Below the pieces are notes generated by a model. It did no database searches. It was not told the DNA's origin and saw only the letters and a program-made list of their open reading frames with translations. A stretch of DNA of 64,000 nt from positions 23,845-87,844 of the forward strand of contig DATDSF010000038.1 of NCBI GenBank assembly GCA_035291345.1, in the 5' to 3' direction. This DNA is from Candidatus Nanoarchaeia archaeon. Its GTDB lineage: Archaea > Nanobdellota > Nanobdellia > Pacearchaeales > GW2011-AR1. Shown piece by piece: positions 9,554 through 19,784 of this stretch. Position numbers and translations under genes: made by a program. The first letter of the stretch is position 1, and every line of letters starts with the position of its first letter.

Positions 9554-11252
9554 TTAAATAAGAGTAGTACTGTATTTTAATATGTAAAACTCTTCAAGTC
9601 TTTTATCTTTAAGAACAGTCTCAAGTTCACTTGCATTTTCCCCTACTTCAACTTCATCGACCTCCCCATCAAGAATAATTTGAAATGTCTCATGAGTAGG
9701 AAAAGATAAAGAGCTTACTGCATAAACATCTGCAATAATTGTATTTAATAAAGCCAAAGAGATTTCAGTAATAGTTTCATTGATTGAATATACTGAGTCA
9801 CAGCCCCAAAAACTAAGGCCCGTCAATACATCTGAGTCTACTGAAAAATTCCATAAAATCTTTGCATGTTCTTTGTTTAGCATTTTTAATCTTCTTAGAA
9901 GATCTGAAAGCATCAAATGATAAAAATAGATTAATTGTGTTTTAACCCAGTAACGTCCAAAACTGTTAAGAGGTGGTAAATACCAACTGATTTTAGACTT
10001 AATAAATTCTTTTAGAAACATTTTCTGAAAGACCTGAATATAATTTAAAGCTATTATTTCAGAGTAATTTCCTTTTGCTCTTTGAAGCTCAGCTTCAAAT
10101 TCTTTACAGCGTTCAACAAAGAATGGGAAGTTTAATACAGCTTGTTCAATGTCGGTTCTTGTTATAGGTTGTTTCAACCTATCTGTCAAGTATAACCTTT
10201 CCATTTAGTACCTCTATTTTAGTTATTTATTTACCCTGTTTTTCAAGGAGTTTAAAATCTATTCCTTTCATGATAAAACTTTGATTTTACCCAATGTTTT
10301 CTTTTCCTTTTCTCAATAAAAACTTCTTTTGGGATTTCAAATAGTGCATTACTAAGCTTGAAAATCTCAGGTACTAGTCTTTCAGGTGTCTTAATTATTA
10401 TCTCGAACAATTCAATGTTTCTTAATTTACTATTAATTGACACCATATGAGATATTAATTGAGCTTCTATTTCACCAAAATCAACTCCGATTATAGCAAT
10501 TTTATTATGACTCATCAGGTTTAACTCTAAAATTTTCAGGATATGAAATAATATCAAATAGTGACACTGAAATTCTATCTGCCCATCTCTCTTTGCTAAA
10601 TTTACCTGCTTTTGATTGTAGATCTTTTCCCTCTTCAATAGCTTTTAAAAGTCTTGACACATTTAATAATGATATAGACTTTCCTCCTTTGAGAGTTATT
10701 CTCTCTATTTCACTACTGCTATATATAAGTTGTGTCATTTAAAACCTCAAATAAATGCTATATCTTTGCATTGAACTGTAATATCTATTTTATGGGTAAA
10801 AGACCAAACAAGAACAGATTTATTACTAAATCTATCATCAATAATGACAGGATTACAAATTGTTATACTACCTTTAGGTAATATATTGCCCATTTTGGTT
10901 TTTATTCTTTTTTTCACTTGGATTAAAACATAATTATCAAAATGTCCTTTATATTGAGGATAAGTCATTACTTGCTCGTAAGCATTCTGTCTTAATTTTA
11001 AAACTATTAGAGCATCAGCCATTTTAGACCTCAAGATTATTTTTCTTTTTTCATAATGAAAGAATCACAATATGTCTGTTTGTGTTTATTAGTACTTTTT
11101 AAATTAAAGCATTCTCTATACACATAACATGAATTAATAGATTTCCTATAAACAATCTCTAAAGTTTTGTTATCACTACCAAAACCTATTGAAATTAGAA
11201 CCTTTGCATTGATTAATTTTTCATTAGTTACAATCTGTATTTTATTAGCCAT
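9554..11252 (-). other. five hypothetical genes
   Basis: Co-oriented ORFs of 71-216 aa with SD-like GAGG/AGGA; no motif recognised. Confidence 0.6.
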
Positions 11253-11268
11253 GTAAATCCTTTTTATT

Positions 11269-11344
11269 TGCGGAGGCGTTAGGACTCGAACCTAAATCCC
11301 ATATCATTTCTGATACGATAATTACCATTATTACAACATCTCCG
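11269..11344 (-). tRNA. tRNA-like RNA / pseudo-tRNA lacking a canonical anticodon loop
   Basis: Acceptor GGAGATG/CGCCTCC (1 mismatch), D arm GTAA-TAATGGTAA-TTAT, T arm TTAGG-TTCGAGT-CCTAA; the anticodon arm is CGTATCA-GAAA-TGATATG. Confidence 0.65.
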
Positions 11345-11386
11345 TAATCAAAGTACGTTTTTAATTCCTTTGATTGCTAGCCTATT

Positions 11387-12334
11387 TTATTGATTAGGAC
11401 CTAACAATGAGCCTGTTTGTACGGGTATTGGCCCATAATGATTTGCTGGGACATATCTTCCATCCCATCTTTTAATTTCTTCATATTTATTTTGTAGCCG
11501 GATTTTTTCCAATTCATATTGCATAAATGAAGCAGTCAATATGTAGTACTTTTGTAGGCCTTCTCCTTCTTTGAACTTAGCCTTAGCATTGATTTCTGCC
11601 GCAGCGAGATTTCCTTCCGCAATTAATACTTTCGCTGTCTTTTGAGCCTCTGCCTGTTTTACTTGCTTTTGAGCTTCTTGTTCTGCAATCAATAATTCTT
11701 GTTGTTTTACTTTCACTTGTTGAGCTTCAGCCATAGTTCGTTCAATTTGCTTCTCAAATTGTTCTGACCAGTCGTAGTTAATGATTTTGAAATTATCTAC
11801 CAAGACAGGATAGATTTTTAATTCCTGCTTTATAAGAGCTTCGACTTGACCAGCAATCATTTGCTGATTAGCTGCGACATCAAATATAGTATATTTACCA
11901 ATAACTTGCTTAAATGCGGATTGAAGAGTTCGATAAACAATGCTCTTCATCTTGTCAACGCCCACTTTTTGCCACAGATAATGCAGTTTGTATTCATTGT
12001 TAGATATAAATAGTTTAGTACTCGCACCGACTGTTTGGTTATCTTTTGTAATAGCGCCTTCCGGACCTACAAGAACATCAACTTCTATTTCTTCAGGCCG
12101 CACAGACAAAACTTCAACCGATTGAAAGAATGGCATAGTAAATTGAACGCCAGGATTAAGTGTACTTTGTTCAAGTTTACCCATGTTAAAACGCAAACCT
12201 CGAGAACCTTCTGGTATGATTGTAATAACCATCCAGAGAACGATTAAGATACCAAAGATACCTAAACCGATTTTCAATCCTTTGCTTGATTTCAAAGTAT
12301 TGAGTAATTGTTGCATTGGTGATTCGTAAGCCAT
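11387..12334 (-). CDS. SPFH/prohibitin (Band 7) family membrane protein
   Basis: TM helix, IIPEGSRGL...PGVQFTMPF, AITKDNQ, Ala/Gln-rich coiled coil, RWDG tail. Confidence 0.9.
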   Translation of the reverse strand: MAYESPMQQLLNTLKSSKGLKIGLGIFGILIVLWMVITIIPEGSRGLRFNMGKLEQSTLNPGVQFTMPFFQSVEVLSVRPEEIEVDVLVGPEGAITKDNQTVGASTKLFISNNEYKLHYLWQKVGVDKMKSIVYRTLQSAFKQVIGKYTIFDVAANQQMIAGQVEALIKQELKIYPVLVDNFKIINYDWSEQFEKQIERTMAEAQQVKVKQQELLIAEQEAQKQVKQAEAQKTAKVLIAEGNLAAAEINAKAKFKEGEGLQKYYILTASFMQYELEKIRLQNKYEEIKRWDGRYVPANHYGPIPVQTGSLLGPNQ

Positions 12335-12374
12335 TATAGCTCCTTTTATTGTTTGAATTAATTTATTGACAAAA

Positions 12375-12382
12375 CAAATATA
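12375..12382 (-). promoter_or_regulatory. TAnnTTTG box
   Basis: TATATTTGTTTTGTCAA upstream of the SPFH gene. Confidence 0.65.
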
Positions 12383-12398
12383 TCTCTTCTAATAAAAA

Positions 12399-12466
12399 TG
12401 CCTCTTAAGTTTTAAATGCTTCCAATTGTGGGGGGTCAATTGGACATATTAAAGACAAAAGAGGCA
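12399..12466 (-). ncRNA. candidate small RNA (long hairpin with C-rich loop)
   Basis: Outer stem TGCCTCTT/AAGAGGCA, inner stem TCCAATTG/CAATTGGA; own TATTTTTG box at 12495-12502 and no ORF before the next promoter. Confidence 0.45.
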
Positions 12467-12516
12467 AACTTTATTTAATCAAAAAAGTACAAAACAAAAA
12501 TAATACATCAGTGATT

Positions 12517-13422
12517 CTATTTTTTATTTAATTTACTGAAAGGTGAGGAAATGCCTAGTAATTTCAACTTAGATTCAAACTCATCTAATTCTCTTGAAAC
12601 CTTAATATAAGAATTATCAACATACGACAACCAACCAAATTCTGTGGCCAATTCAAAAATATCTTTTGGAGTATATTTCTCAGCAATGATCATTTGTATT
12701 AAGTTATAGTCTTTCTGGAAAAGTTTTAAAGAATATAACTCATACTCTTCAAATGCAGACCATGATATTGGGAACTCTTCTTTAACAAATTCTGCAATAG
12801 CCAAAGCATACTGATGGATCTCATATTGTGCATGCGAGTCCAATCGAAGTCTTAAAAAGTTAAATAAGTTATGCAAATCAATCTTCCAATAAGCTTCTGT
12901 ATAAGTTGATAATGGAAGATCTTTTCTTGCTTGTTCTTTTGCAACTCCAGCTTCAATTCGTTCATTATATATTCTTGTAGCGATAGCTTGAAAATTTTTC
13001 TCATCTTTTGAAAGATTATGGGCTAATATAGGGTTTATATCTTCAAGTTTTCCAGCAGAACCTTGTTTATTGTCTTGAGCTTGTACTCTCCACTGATTTT
13101 GTGCAGTTTCTTGTTTCTCATCAATTGCTAATGAATATCTGGTTGAATATTCATTTACATTTGCAGTTCTATGTCTAATCCATTGACGCCAACAATCCAT
13201 AGGAACTTTAACATGAAATTTCATTTCAACCATTTCAAATGGTGATGTGTGCCCATGTCTATAAAGATATTTTATTAAACCTTTGTCTTCAGAGACTTTT
13301 TTAGTACCAGCACCATATGAAACTCTTGCTGCTTGAACAATTGAGTCATCAGAGCCCATTACATCAACAAGGCGTACAAATCCCTTATCTAAAACATTAA
13401 TTTTTCTACTCCACTGTTCCAT
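12517..13422 (-). CDS. thyX: FAD-dependent thymidylate synthase
   Basis: HTSPFE, QWIRHRTANVNEYSTRY ThyX motif, LRLDSHAQYEI. Confidence 0.95.
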   Translation of the reverse strand: MEQWSRKINVLDKGFVRLVDVMGSDDSIVQAARVSYGAGTKKVSEDKGLIKYLYRHGHTSPFEMVEMKFHVKVPMDCWRQWIRHRTANVNEYSTRYSLAIDEKQETAQNQWRVQAQDNKQGSAGKLEDINPILAHNLSKDEKNFQAIATRIYNERIEAGVAKEQARKDLPLSTYTEAYWKIDLHNLFNFLRLRLDSHAQYEIHQYALAIAEFVKEEFPISWSAFEEYELYSLKLFQKDYNLIQMIIAEKYTPKDIFELATEFGWLSYVDNSYIKVSRELDEFESKLKLLGISSPFSKLNKK

Positions 13423-13703
13423 TATTTTTTTCCTTTAAATATTAATATGGTATTATCGATGATTAACAATAAACCCCAGAGGATAAACATAGAACCAAAA
13501 GAATAAGCAATAATATCAGTAGGCCATTCACTGACAGGTTTTAAACTAAATAAGTTTATTACTATCTGTAAGCCAATTGAAAAAATAAATACACCAAGAG
13601 AAATGAGAAATATACCTGACATAATTGATGATTTCACTATTACCTCTTTTAATAATAAAAAATAATGGCCGGTATTGCTACCAGCCATAAATGAATAATG
13701 CAA
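13422..13703 (-). CDS. small membrane protein
   Basis: Two hydrophobic helices; start uncertain. Confidence 0.5.
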   Translation of the reverse strand: MHYSFMAGSNTGHYFLLLKEVIVKSSIMSGIFLISLGVFIFSIGLQIVINLFSLKPVSEWPTDIIAYSFGSMFILWGLLLIIDNTILIFKGKK

Positions 13704-13783
13704 AAAGAATCACGTGTTTGTCTTGGAGTCCGTTATGTAAGCGGTTTTAAAGACGTTTAGAGTGACACTACGTGTTCATCACT

Positions 13784-13807
13784 TTTGACCAATTCGAATT
13801 GGTCAAA
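13784..13807. repeat. perfect 24-bp palindrome / hairpin after the ThyA-like gene
   Basis: TTTGACCAATTCGAATTGGTCAAA. Confidence 0.85.
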
Positions 13808-13808
13808 C

Positions 13809-14576
13809 TTAAAATATATTACGATCTATCATATATGATCTATAAGCATGTAAACTATTAATAAGAACAATAAGTTTACCGGGTTCAATTGGCACTCCAT
13901 CAACTAGTTGATCATTAATTCTTTTAGTTACCCAATCATTTAATTTTCCAGCAAGGTACATGTCATTGATAAAATGCGTGTAAAAATCACAACTCCTCAT
14001 GTGATAAAACATAATCAATTTATTATCACGAATCAACCAAGAATAATCTAAAGAACAAGAAACCCGTCCAGTTTGTTCATTCATGTCTTGGTCAAGATCA
14101 CTTGAATAGATATTTAATACTTGACGTCTTGAATTCCTATCTAATACAAGTTGATTAATAATACGAAGCAGAAGATTATTACGGAAGAAGCGCTCATTGT
14201 AAGTATATTCAAAACGACCATTAACCATAATTGGTTCCCAAACATACCGACGTAATTTCCAAGCTTCACCAGGATTGGGACTAATAGCTGATTCATCTAC
14301 TCTTTCAAGAAACTCAACATTGGCCCATGCAAGAACGTTATCTGGTTGTTCTATTGAATCTTTATAGATAAAAGCATAAGCCTTTTTAACTTCAGCTAAT
14401 GGGTCTAGTATTGAGAATGTTTCTCCTTGAATTTCTTTAGTAGTATACTTCTCAACAAGTTCAGGTGTGTCAAGTTTTTTGTTCTGAAATGACTTAAGTC
14501 TAACCTCTTGACCCATTTCGAATAAGTTTCTTTGTGTTTCTTTCACTGTCTCGTAAAGATTTTTGTAAATCCTCAT
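13809..14576 (-). CDS. thymidylate-synthase-fold enzyme, dCMP hydroxymethylase-like
   Basis: YTYNER, NSRR, VSC catalytic Cys, MRSCDFYTHFIND, SLHAY. Confidence 0.85.
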   Translation of the reverse strand: MRIYKNLYETVKETQRNLFEMGQEVRLKSFQNKKLDTPELVEKYTTKEIQGETFSILDPLAEVKKAYAFIYKDSIEQPDNVLAWANVEFLERVDESAISPNPGEAWKLRRYVWEPIMVNGRFEYTYNERFFRNNLLLRIINQLVLDRNSRRQVLNIYSSDLDQDMNEQTGRVSCSLDYSWLIRDNKLIMFYHMRSCDFYTHFINDMYLAGKLNDWVTKRINDQLVDGVPIEPGKLIVLINSLHAYRSYMIDRNIF

Positions 14577-14788
14577 ATTCTTCTCCTTTAACTATGAAGT
14601 CTTTAGTATTTATATAACGATTAAATTCAACAATTTCACCTTCAGCTAAGTCTCTTATAGCAAAACCATTTATATCTTGTATGCCAAAATTTCTAAATAC
14701 ATTAATAGATTTTGATTTTTCTTTAAAAGAGATGGGCTCACCTTTTTTAATTTTGACTAGACATTTACATTTAAAAATGTATTTATGT

Positions 14789-15061
14789 TTATCTCCCATT
14801 TCTAAATTCCTGTATTAGTTCTTTACCTAATTCAAATACCTCCTCAACTTTAAAATCAACTGTATTTAATGATATCCAAACCCCTTTTTTTGTTGGCAGC
14901 CAAGTACCTGTTTCAGAAAGAGTATATAACCTAATATCAAGATAAAACTTATTACTTAATTCCATTATTGTAAGTTTTATCTTGGTACTGTCACTCATTT
15001 CAATTTCTTTACTTTGATGAGCAACACCAGTAAATTCTTTTTTTACTTTGCTATTTGCCAT
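14789..15061 (-). CDS. PC4/YdbC-like ssDNA-binding protein
   Basis: YLDIRLY...WLPTKKGVWIS signature. Confidence 0.85.
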   Translation of the reverse strand: MANSKVKKEFTGVAHQSKEIEMSDSTKIKLTIMELSNKFYLDIRLYTLSETGTWLPTKKGVWISLNTVDFKVEEVFELGKELIQEFRNGR

Positions 15062-15355
15062 TTATCATCCAAGAAGATAAAAACTTCAATTGGTATAACT
15101 TGCTTACCAAAAGATTTCCTAGTTAATTTCTTAAAATTTTGAATTGCTCTTCTACGATTTACTGCTCTTGTTGAGAATTCATATCCTTTTACATCACATT
15201 TATAAAGATTTAAATTCTCTTGAAGAGATATAACCTTTTGTTTACCATCAATCTCAACTTGTACACTTCCTTCTAAATCTAAATTAAATTCAGTTACAAT
15301 ACTCTTTACATCTAGCTTTGATAATGAATGCTTAAATTTATCTTTCATAAACCAG

Positions 15356-15377
15356 GAAAGGGACCTGAGTCCCTTTC
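15356..15377. terminator. hairpin (terminator or processing site)
   Basis: GAAAGGGAC-ctga-GTCCCTTTC directly after the stop codon at 15379. Confidence 0.55.
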
Positions 15378-15378
15378 A

Positions 15379-15798
15379 TTAATTTGCTACAACTTCTGTA
15401 GGGATAATAAGAGAAATTGCTTTTGCATTTTCAACAATCTCATCTTTAAATGAGCCACCAGATGTTTCAATTTTTCTCTTGCATTGACGAAGTTTTTCTC
15501 TACCTGAACTTGTATGGGGAAGAGAAAAGGTATCAAGTAGATCTTTAATTTTGTGGGGCTTTCCATCAGAAACAATTTCAAAGAATTTTTCAAAGATTGA
15601 ATCGCCTTTTGAAGCTTTCTGCGTCTTTAAATCAGCAGGAGCAGTTTCAACTTGTTTCAATGATTTAACAGCTGATTTTGTTTGTTCAACTGGAACAACA
15701 GTCTCTGTTTTTTCAATTTGCGTAGATTCAACTGGAGCATCAGCCTTTTGTTTAACTGTTTCTCCATTGCTTAACCTTAAACCTGATAATTTTGCCAT
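15379..15798 (-). CDS. putative DNA-binding protein (low-complexity N-terminus + wHTH-like C-terminus)
   Basis: MAKLSGL start; FEIVSDGKPHKIKDLL wHTH-like; strong GGGAGG SD. Confidence 0.55.
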   Translation of the reverse strand: MAKLSGLRLSNGETVKQKADAPVESTQIEKTETVVPVEQTKSAVKSLKQVETAPADLKTQKASKGDSIFEKFFEIVSDGKPHKIKDLLDTFSLPHTSSGREKLRQCKRKIETSGGSFKDEIVENAKAISLIIPTEVVAN

Positions 15799-15850
15799 TT
15801 TTAATTAGGCCTCCCGACCTTGTTTTGTTAATAAAATAAAATTGACAAAA

Positions 15851-15858
15851 CAAATATA
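15851..15858 (-). promoter_or_regulatory. TAnnTTTG box
   Basis: TATATTTGTTTTGTCAA. Confidence 0.65.
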
Positions 15859-16316
15859 ATGCTTCTTGTCAGCGATCTTTTAAAGCCCTTTCTAATTCTA
15901 GTATATGGCGTTTAATGTCATCAACAGATTTTAATTCAAATTCATCCAACTCAATTCCAGGTTCAAAAAAAGATTCCACTTCTAATTCATATTTATAGAA
16001 TAAAATTTCTTTTTTTGTAAGATCAGTTTCTTCTTCCCATTTCTTTTCAAGTTCTCTTAATGCTGCATCAAGCTTTTTTAAGTGAGGATTATTTTGCTTC
16101 CATATGATATCAATTTGTTCTAGCTTTTGCGAACCCAATGAAGTCTGGAATACTTTATTATTTAATCTTTTCCCCTCAATTACTTTATATCTTGAACCAT
16201 CAACATTTTTAGATTTATTAAACAATTCTTGTAAAAATTTTGGACGTCCAGCAATATCATTTGTTGTATCTATTCCCATATCTTCCTCAAATGATTAATT
16301 GTTCCCTAATACGACA

Positions 16317-16366
16317 TAAGCCCATTCAATACTTTCTCTGTTATGAGTATTTCTTGAATGGGCTTA
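16317..16366. terminator. 13-bp inverted repeat downstream of the 16385 gene
   Basis: TAAGCCCATTCAA...TTGAATGGGCTTA. Confidence 0.55.
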
Positions 16367-16384
16367 AATCATGACATGGGATAT

Positions 16385-16831
16385 TTATGCAACCGGTAAT
16401 TTGTAGACTTTTTTGTTTGAACCTTGAGTCTGAGTCTTTGTGCAATGAAGCTGATCTCTCAACATTCCGCGAACTTTTCGATCAAATTTTTCTGCTTTCA
16501 ATTGTTCAATTGGCGTTGAGCTAATTGATTTCAAAATTTCTTCAGTTCCGAGACCGTCAGGATTTTTTGTAAGAACGTCCTTCAATGCATTTAACAATGC
16601 TTCGTCTGCTGCTGCTTGTTCCGGAGATTTTGTACGAGGTTTAAGATTTGCAAGTCGCATTGCCTTGAGTTCTTCTTCAGTTTTCTTCGGCTTGTCTTCT
16701 TTAACCTTTTTTTCTTTCTTTGGTTTTGTTTCTACTGCGGCTGCTGCTGCATCTTGTGAGGCAACTTGACCAGCTGCTGCATCCGTTGCAACTGCAGCGT
16801 CTTTTGCTTTTAATCCTGCTAATTTTGCCAT
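16385..16831 (-). CDS. Ala/Lys-rich putative DNA-binding protein with wHTH-like C-terminus
   Basis: MAKLAGL start, KPKKEKK stretch, NPDGLGTEEIL...VYKL. Confidence 0.55.
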   Translation of the reverse strand: MAKLAGLKAKDAAVATDAAAGQVASQDAAAAAVETKPKKEKKVKEDKPKKTEEELKAMRLANLKPRTKSPEQAAADEALLNALKDVLTKNPDGLGTEEILKSISSTPIEQLKAEKFDRKVRGMLRDQLHCTKTQTQGSNKKVYKLPVA

Positions 16832-16895
16832 TTGTTTGGCTCCTTTTAGTTATTAATTGATTTTTTATTTCTCATTGAAATAAAAATTTGATAAA

Positions 16896-16903
16896 CAAAT
16901 ATA
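16896..16903 (-). promoter_or_regulatory. TAnnTTTG box
   Basis: TATATTTGTTTATCAA. Confidence 0.6.
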
Positions 16904-17305
16904 AAGCTTCTTTCTATTCTGTTCTGCAAAATTAATCTTTATCTCTTAACAAGCTGTGAGTATCAAGAAATTCATTTAATGAAAAAGTACCTTTTTTATG
17001 TTCAACAAACATTGCCCAATATGTTAAAAAGTCTATATCGGGCCTTTGGTTTTTTGAGTCAAAGATTACATTACTAGTACTCCTAAAACAAATTTGGAAT
17101 TCTTTAAATTTTTTCAAGCATTCTGCAGTATTTATAACTAAGCCATTTTCAAGATTTATAAATTTAAAATAAGGAAAAGTTTCACCAACAAGATAATTCT
17201 CAATTGAATCTTCTTTTCCCTCAGGTAAACCAATAAAATAAGATGGTGCTAAATCTTTAACTTTTGAAATCTCAATATTATCCTCAGTAAAAACAAGAAA
17301 TTTAG

Positions 17306-17437
17306 TCATATTTTTCCTCTGGAAAGGGTATAAATTAAATAAACAAAACATCCTAAACAAAAAAATATAAATAGTGCAAATAAAGGTAGAATTACTTGAA
17401 GCATTAATAATGTAAACATTAGAGGTATTAATCTCAT
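17306..17437 (-). CDS. 43-aa membrane peptide (absent from the ORF track)
   Basis: MRLIPLMFTLLMLQVILPLFALFIFFCLGCFVYLIYTLSRGKI; AAGGGA SD, promoter box at 17472-79, ATGA overlap with the next gene (start 17309). Confidence 0.65.
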   Translation of the reverse strand: MRLIPLMFTLLMLQVILPLFALFIFFCLGCFVYLIYTLSRGKI

Positions 17438-17566
17438 TTAATCCCTTAATTGAATATTTTTAATTGAATTACAAATATAATATCTCTTTGATACTTGAAA
17501 ATATTATATTTTGCTCAATTAATATGTGAGATATAGTTATTTGGATTTTTAAACTATACGTGAAGG

Positions 17567-18019
17567 CTAGATTACTCCAATGATCCTTGCATTTTTCAGA
17601 GTTGCCTCCATAAACCTTTGTACATCTCCTGGATTGACTCCTTGCTTACCAGTACCAATTAAAGGCACAAAGACTTTTTTACCTCTTGCTTCTAGATCAT
17701 CAAAGTTCTTATCTCCCCAAGCTCTTAACCATAAAATTGATTCTTGAATTACAGAGAAGTCAGATTTATTTCTTTGAGTAGACTTACAAGGTAACAGGAT
17801 TATGTTGTGTTCTTTATAATATTGATGAAAATCACCTGATAAAATATCTACATTATATTGAGCTCTAAGTCCTGGATTCTGAGCAAATACTTCTTTCAAA
17901 TAACTTGAAACCTTTAGTGCTTTGCCTTCTGCTTTTTTATTAGGGTCTACACCTAGCACAATAATGTGACCAATTTGATGATATATATATAGTTTTGAAT
18001 CTCTCCATTCCATAATCAT
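17567..18019 (-). CDS. macro-domain (ADP-ribose-processing, Poa1/DarG-like) protein
   Basis: IILLPCK...SDFSVIQESI...VFVPLIGTGKQG resembles the C-terminal half of a macro domain. Confidence 0.6.
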   Translation of the reverse strand: MIMEWRDSKLYIYHQIGHIIVLGVDPNKKAEGKALKVSSYLKEVFAQNPGLRAQYNVDILSGDFHQYYKEHNIILLPCKSTQRNKSDFSVIQESILWLRAWGDKNFDDLEARGKKVFVPLIGTGKQGVNPGDVQRFMEATLKNARIIGVI

Positions 18020-18374
18020 CCTTGAAGTTTTTTAGCTTTCTTTTTTAAATATTTCCAATATAAATAAATACCAACATATACATATGATTTATTTATAATA
18101 TTAAGATTCATCTTTTTAATTTGAGACTTAATCCAGAGAATATTACCATGTATGAGTAGTATACCAGTATTAGCACAAACTAATCTATATTCACCGGCAT
18201 CTCTATTAACTTTCTTAAGTCTAAATTTATATCTTTGAGCATCTGCAAAACTGTTTAATGTAATAATATCTTCAATCATCATTTCACCAATAGTTCTTTA
18301 TATCTTGACCGAAGAAATGAAATTCTTTATCTGTATTTAATGACTTATCAAGACCTATATAAAGTATTTTCATT

Positions 18375-19784
18375 TTATCCTCTTCCAGTTTTTATACAAT
18401 CTGGTCTAAATCTTTTAAAAATAGGAAATCTTAATGAATGCGTACCTTGTTTGTTAATAGTAATTTCTTGAGAAACTACTTCTATAAATTGACCTATTAA
18501 TTCATCTTTTCTTTTCCAAAAATCATTTCTTTCTTTATCTTCAAACCCTCCTCCACACTTACCAGATATTTTTACTGTTTTCTCTTCAATAGCAATATCT
18601 TCATCGACTAGTGGTATTTCAGCTTCATAGGTAAACCCACCTAATCTATCTTCATTTTTAGTACCTTTTTCACCTAAATAAGCATCTAAAATCTTAACAA
18701 TATATTCACTTTCATTTGTGTTGCCCATTACTTCATCATAGTCTTGAATTTTGAACTTCCACCAAGTTGCTTGTTTTCCTCCTCTCTTTGAACCCGCTGA
18801 ATACATGTACATTGAGTTTGAGTCTTTACAAATGACTCCCTCCTCCCCAACTTCACCTTTCCAATATTCAAAAGACTTAATTACATCATCCATGCTGTTA
18901 ACTTCACCATATGGAAGTGTAACTAAGTGAGGTGCCATTAAAGGTTCTCCATCATCAAATAAGAATTCATTGAGTCTATTTTTTCTATCTTTTAATTTAT
19001 GGGTACATTTTTCTTCTAAAAACTCTTCTAAAGGAAGAATGTCCCATAATTTGAATACTGCCTCATCACATTGTACATCATGAATACGTCTTGCATTATT
19101 CATAATACCATTAAATGTTTTATCTTGAATCTCACCATCTAAAACAACTCCATTTTTATAAAACTCTTTTTCTCTGTCATAAAATGATTCCCATAAAGTT
19201 CTAGTTTCTTGTTCAATTACTTTGAAATTTGTATATGGAATTCCGCTTCTAGCTTTGATTTCAATGTTTCCATCTGGATTAATGAATATGAGAGCCCTTA
19301 CCCCATCAATTTTTGGTTCAATCAAAAGAGGGAATTTAGGTTTTACTTTCTTGAACCTCTCACATAAACCTAATTTAAATTCAGGAATCCAATCAGGCCA
19401 AATATCATTTATAAGACCAATTCCTACACCAATTTTAAGATCTTTCTTTAGGATTTTTTCAAGATATGGTCTAAACTCAAAAGGTAATCCAGTATAAATA
19501 TTTTCCACATGTTCTCTAGCTTGATTACCTGTTATGACTCTGTCATGTAGTGGTTGCAATTGATCCATTAAGTCATCTACAGTGTACAGTAACTTACAAG
19601 CATTAATTTCACTAATTAATACTACTTTTGCTACATAAAACTTAATATATGGATCATATGCAAAACGAAAAATCAATTTAAGATCTTCATCATTTTTATA
19701 AAGATTTATTAAATCTTTCTTTGCATTTGTTGATGATATCTTTGAAAGATCATCAAAGACTAATCCAATTGTTTTTAAATCCAT
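18375..19784 (-). CDS. lig: ATP-dependent DNA ligase
   Basis: EPKIDGVR adenylation motif, VLDGE, EGVICK, WWKFK, SLRFPIF. Confidence 0.95.
   Translation of the reverse strand: MDLKTIGLVFDDLSKISSTNAKKDLINLYKNDEDLKLIFRFAYDPYIKFYVAKVVLISEINACKLLYTVDDLMDQLQPLHDRVITGNQAREHVENIYTGLPFEFRPYLEKILKKDLKIGVGIGLINDIWPDWIPEFKLGLCERFKKVKPKFPLLIEPKIDGVRALIFINPDGNIEIKARSGIPYTNFKVIEQETRTLWESFYDREKEFYKNGVVLDGEIQDKTFNGIMNNARRIHDVQCDEAVFKLWDILPLEEFLEEKCTHKLKDRKNRLNEFLFDDGEPLMAPHLVTLPYGEVNSMDDVIKSFEYWKGEVGEEGVICKDSNSMYMYSAGSKRGGKQATWWKFKIQDYDEVMGNTNESEYIVKILDAYLGEKGTKNEDRLGGFTYEAEIPLVDEDIAIEEKTVKISGKCGGGFEDKERNDFWKRKDELIGQFIEVVSQEITINKQGTHSLRFPIFKRFRPDCIKTGRG

Noticed and set aside
11269..11344. Functional tRNA-Phe (GAA)
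   Set aside because: GAA lies in a 4-6-nt loop without U33, so it cannot form a standard anticodon loop
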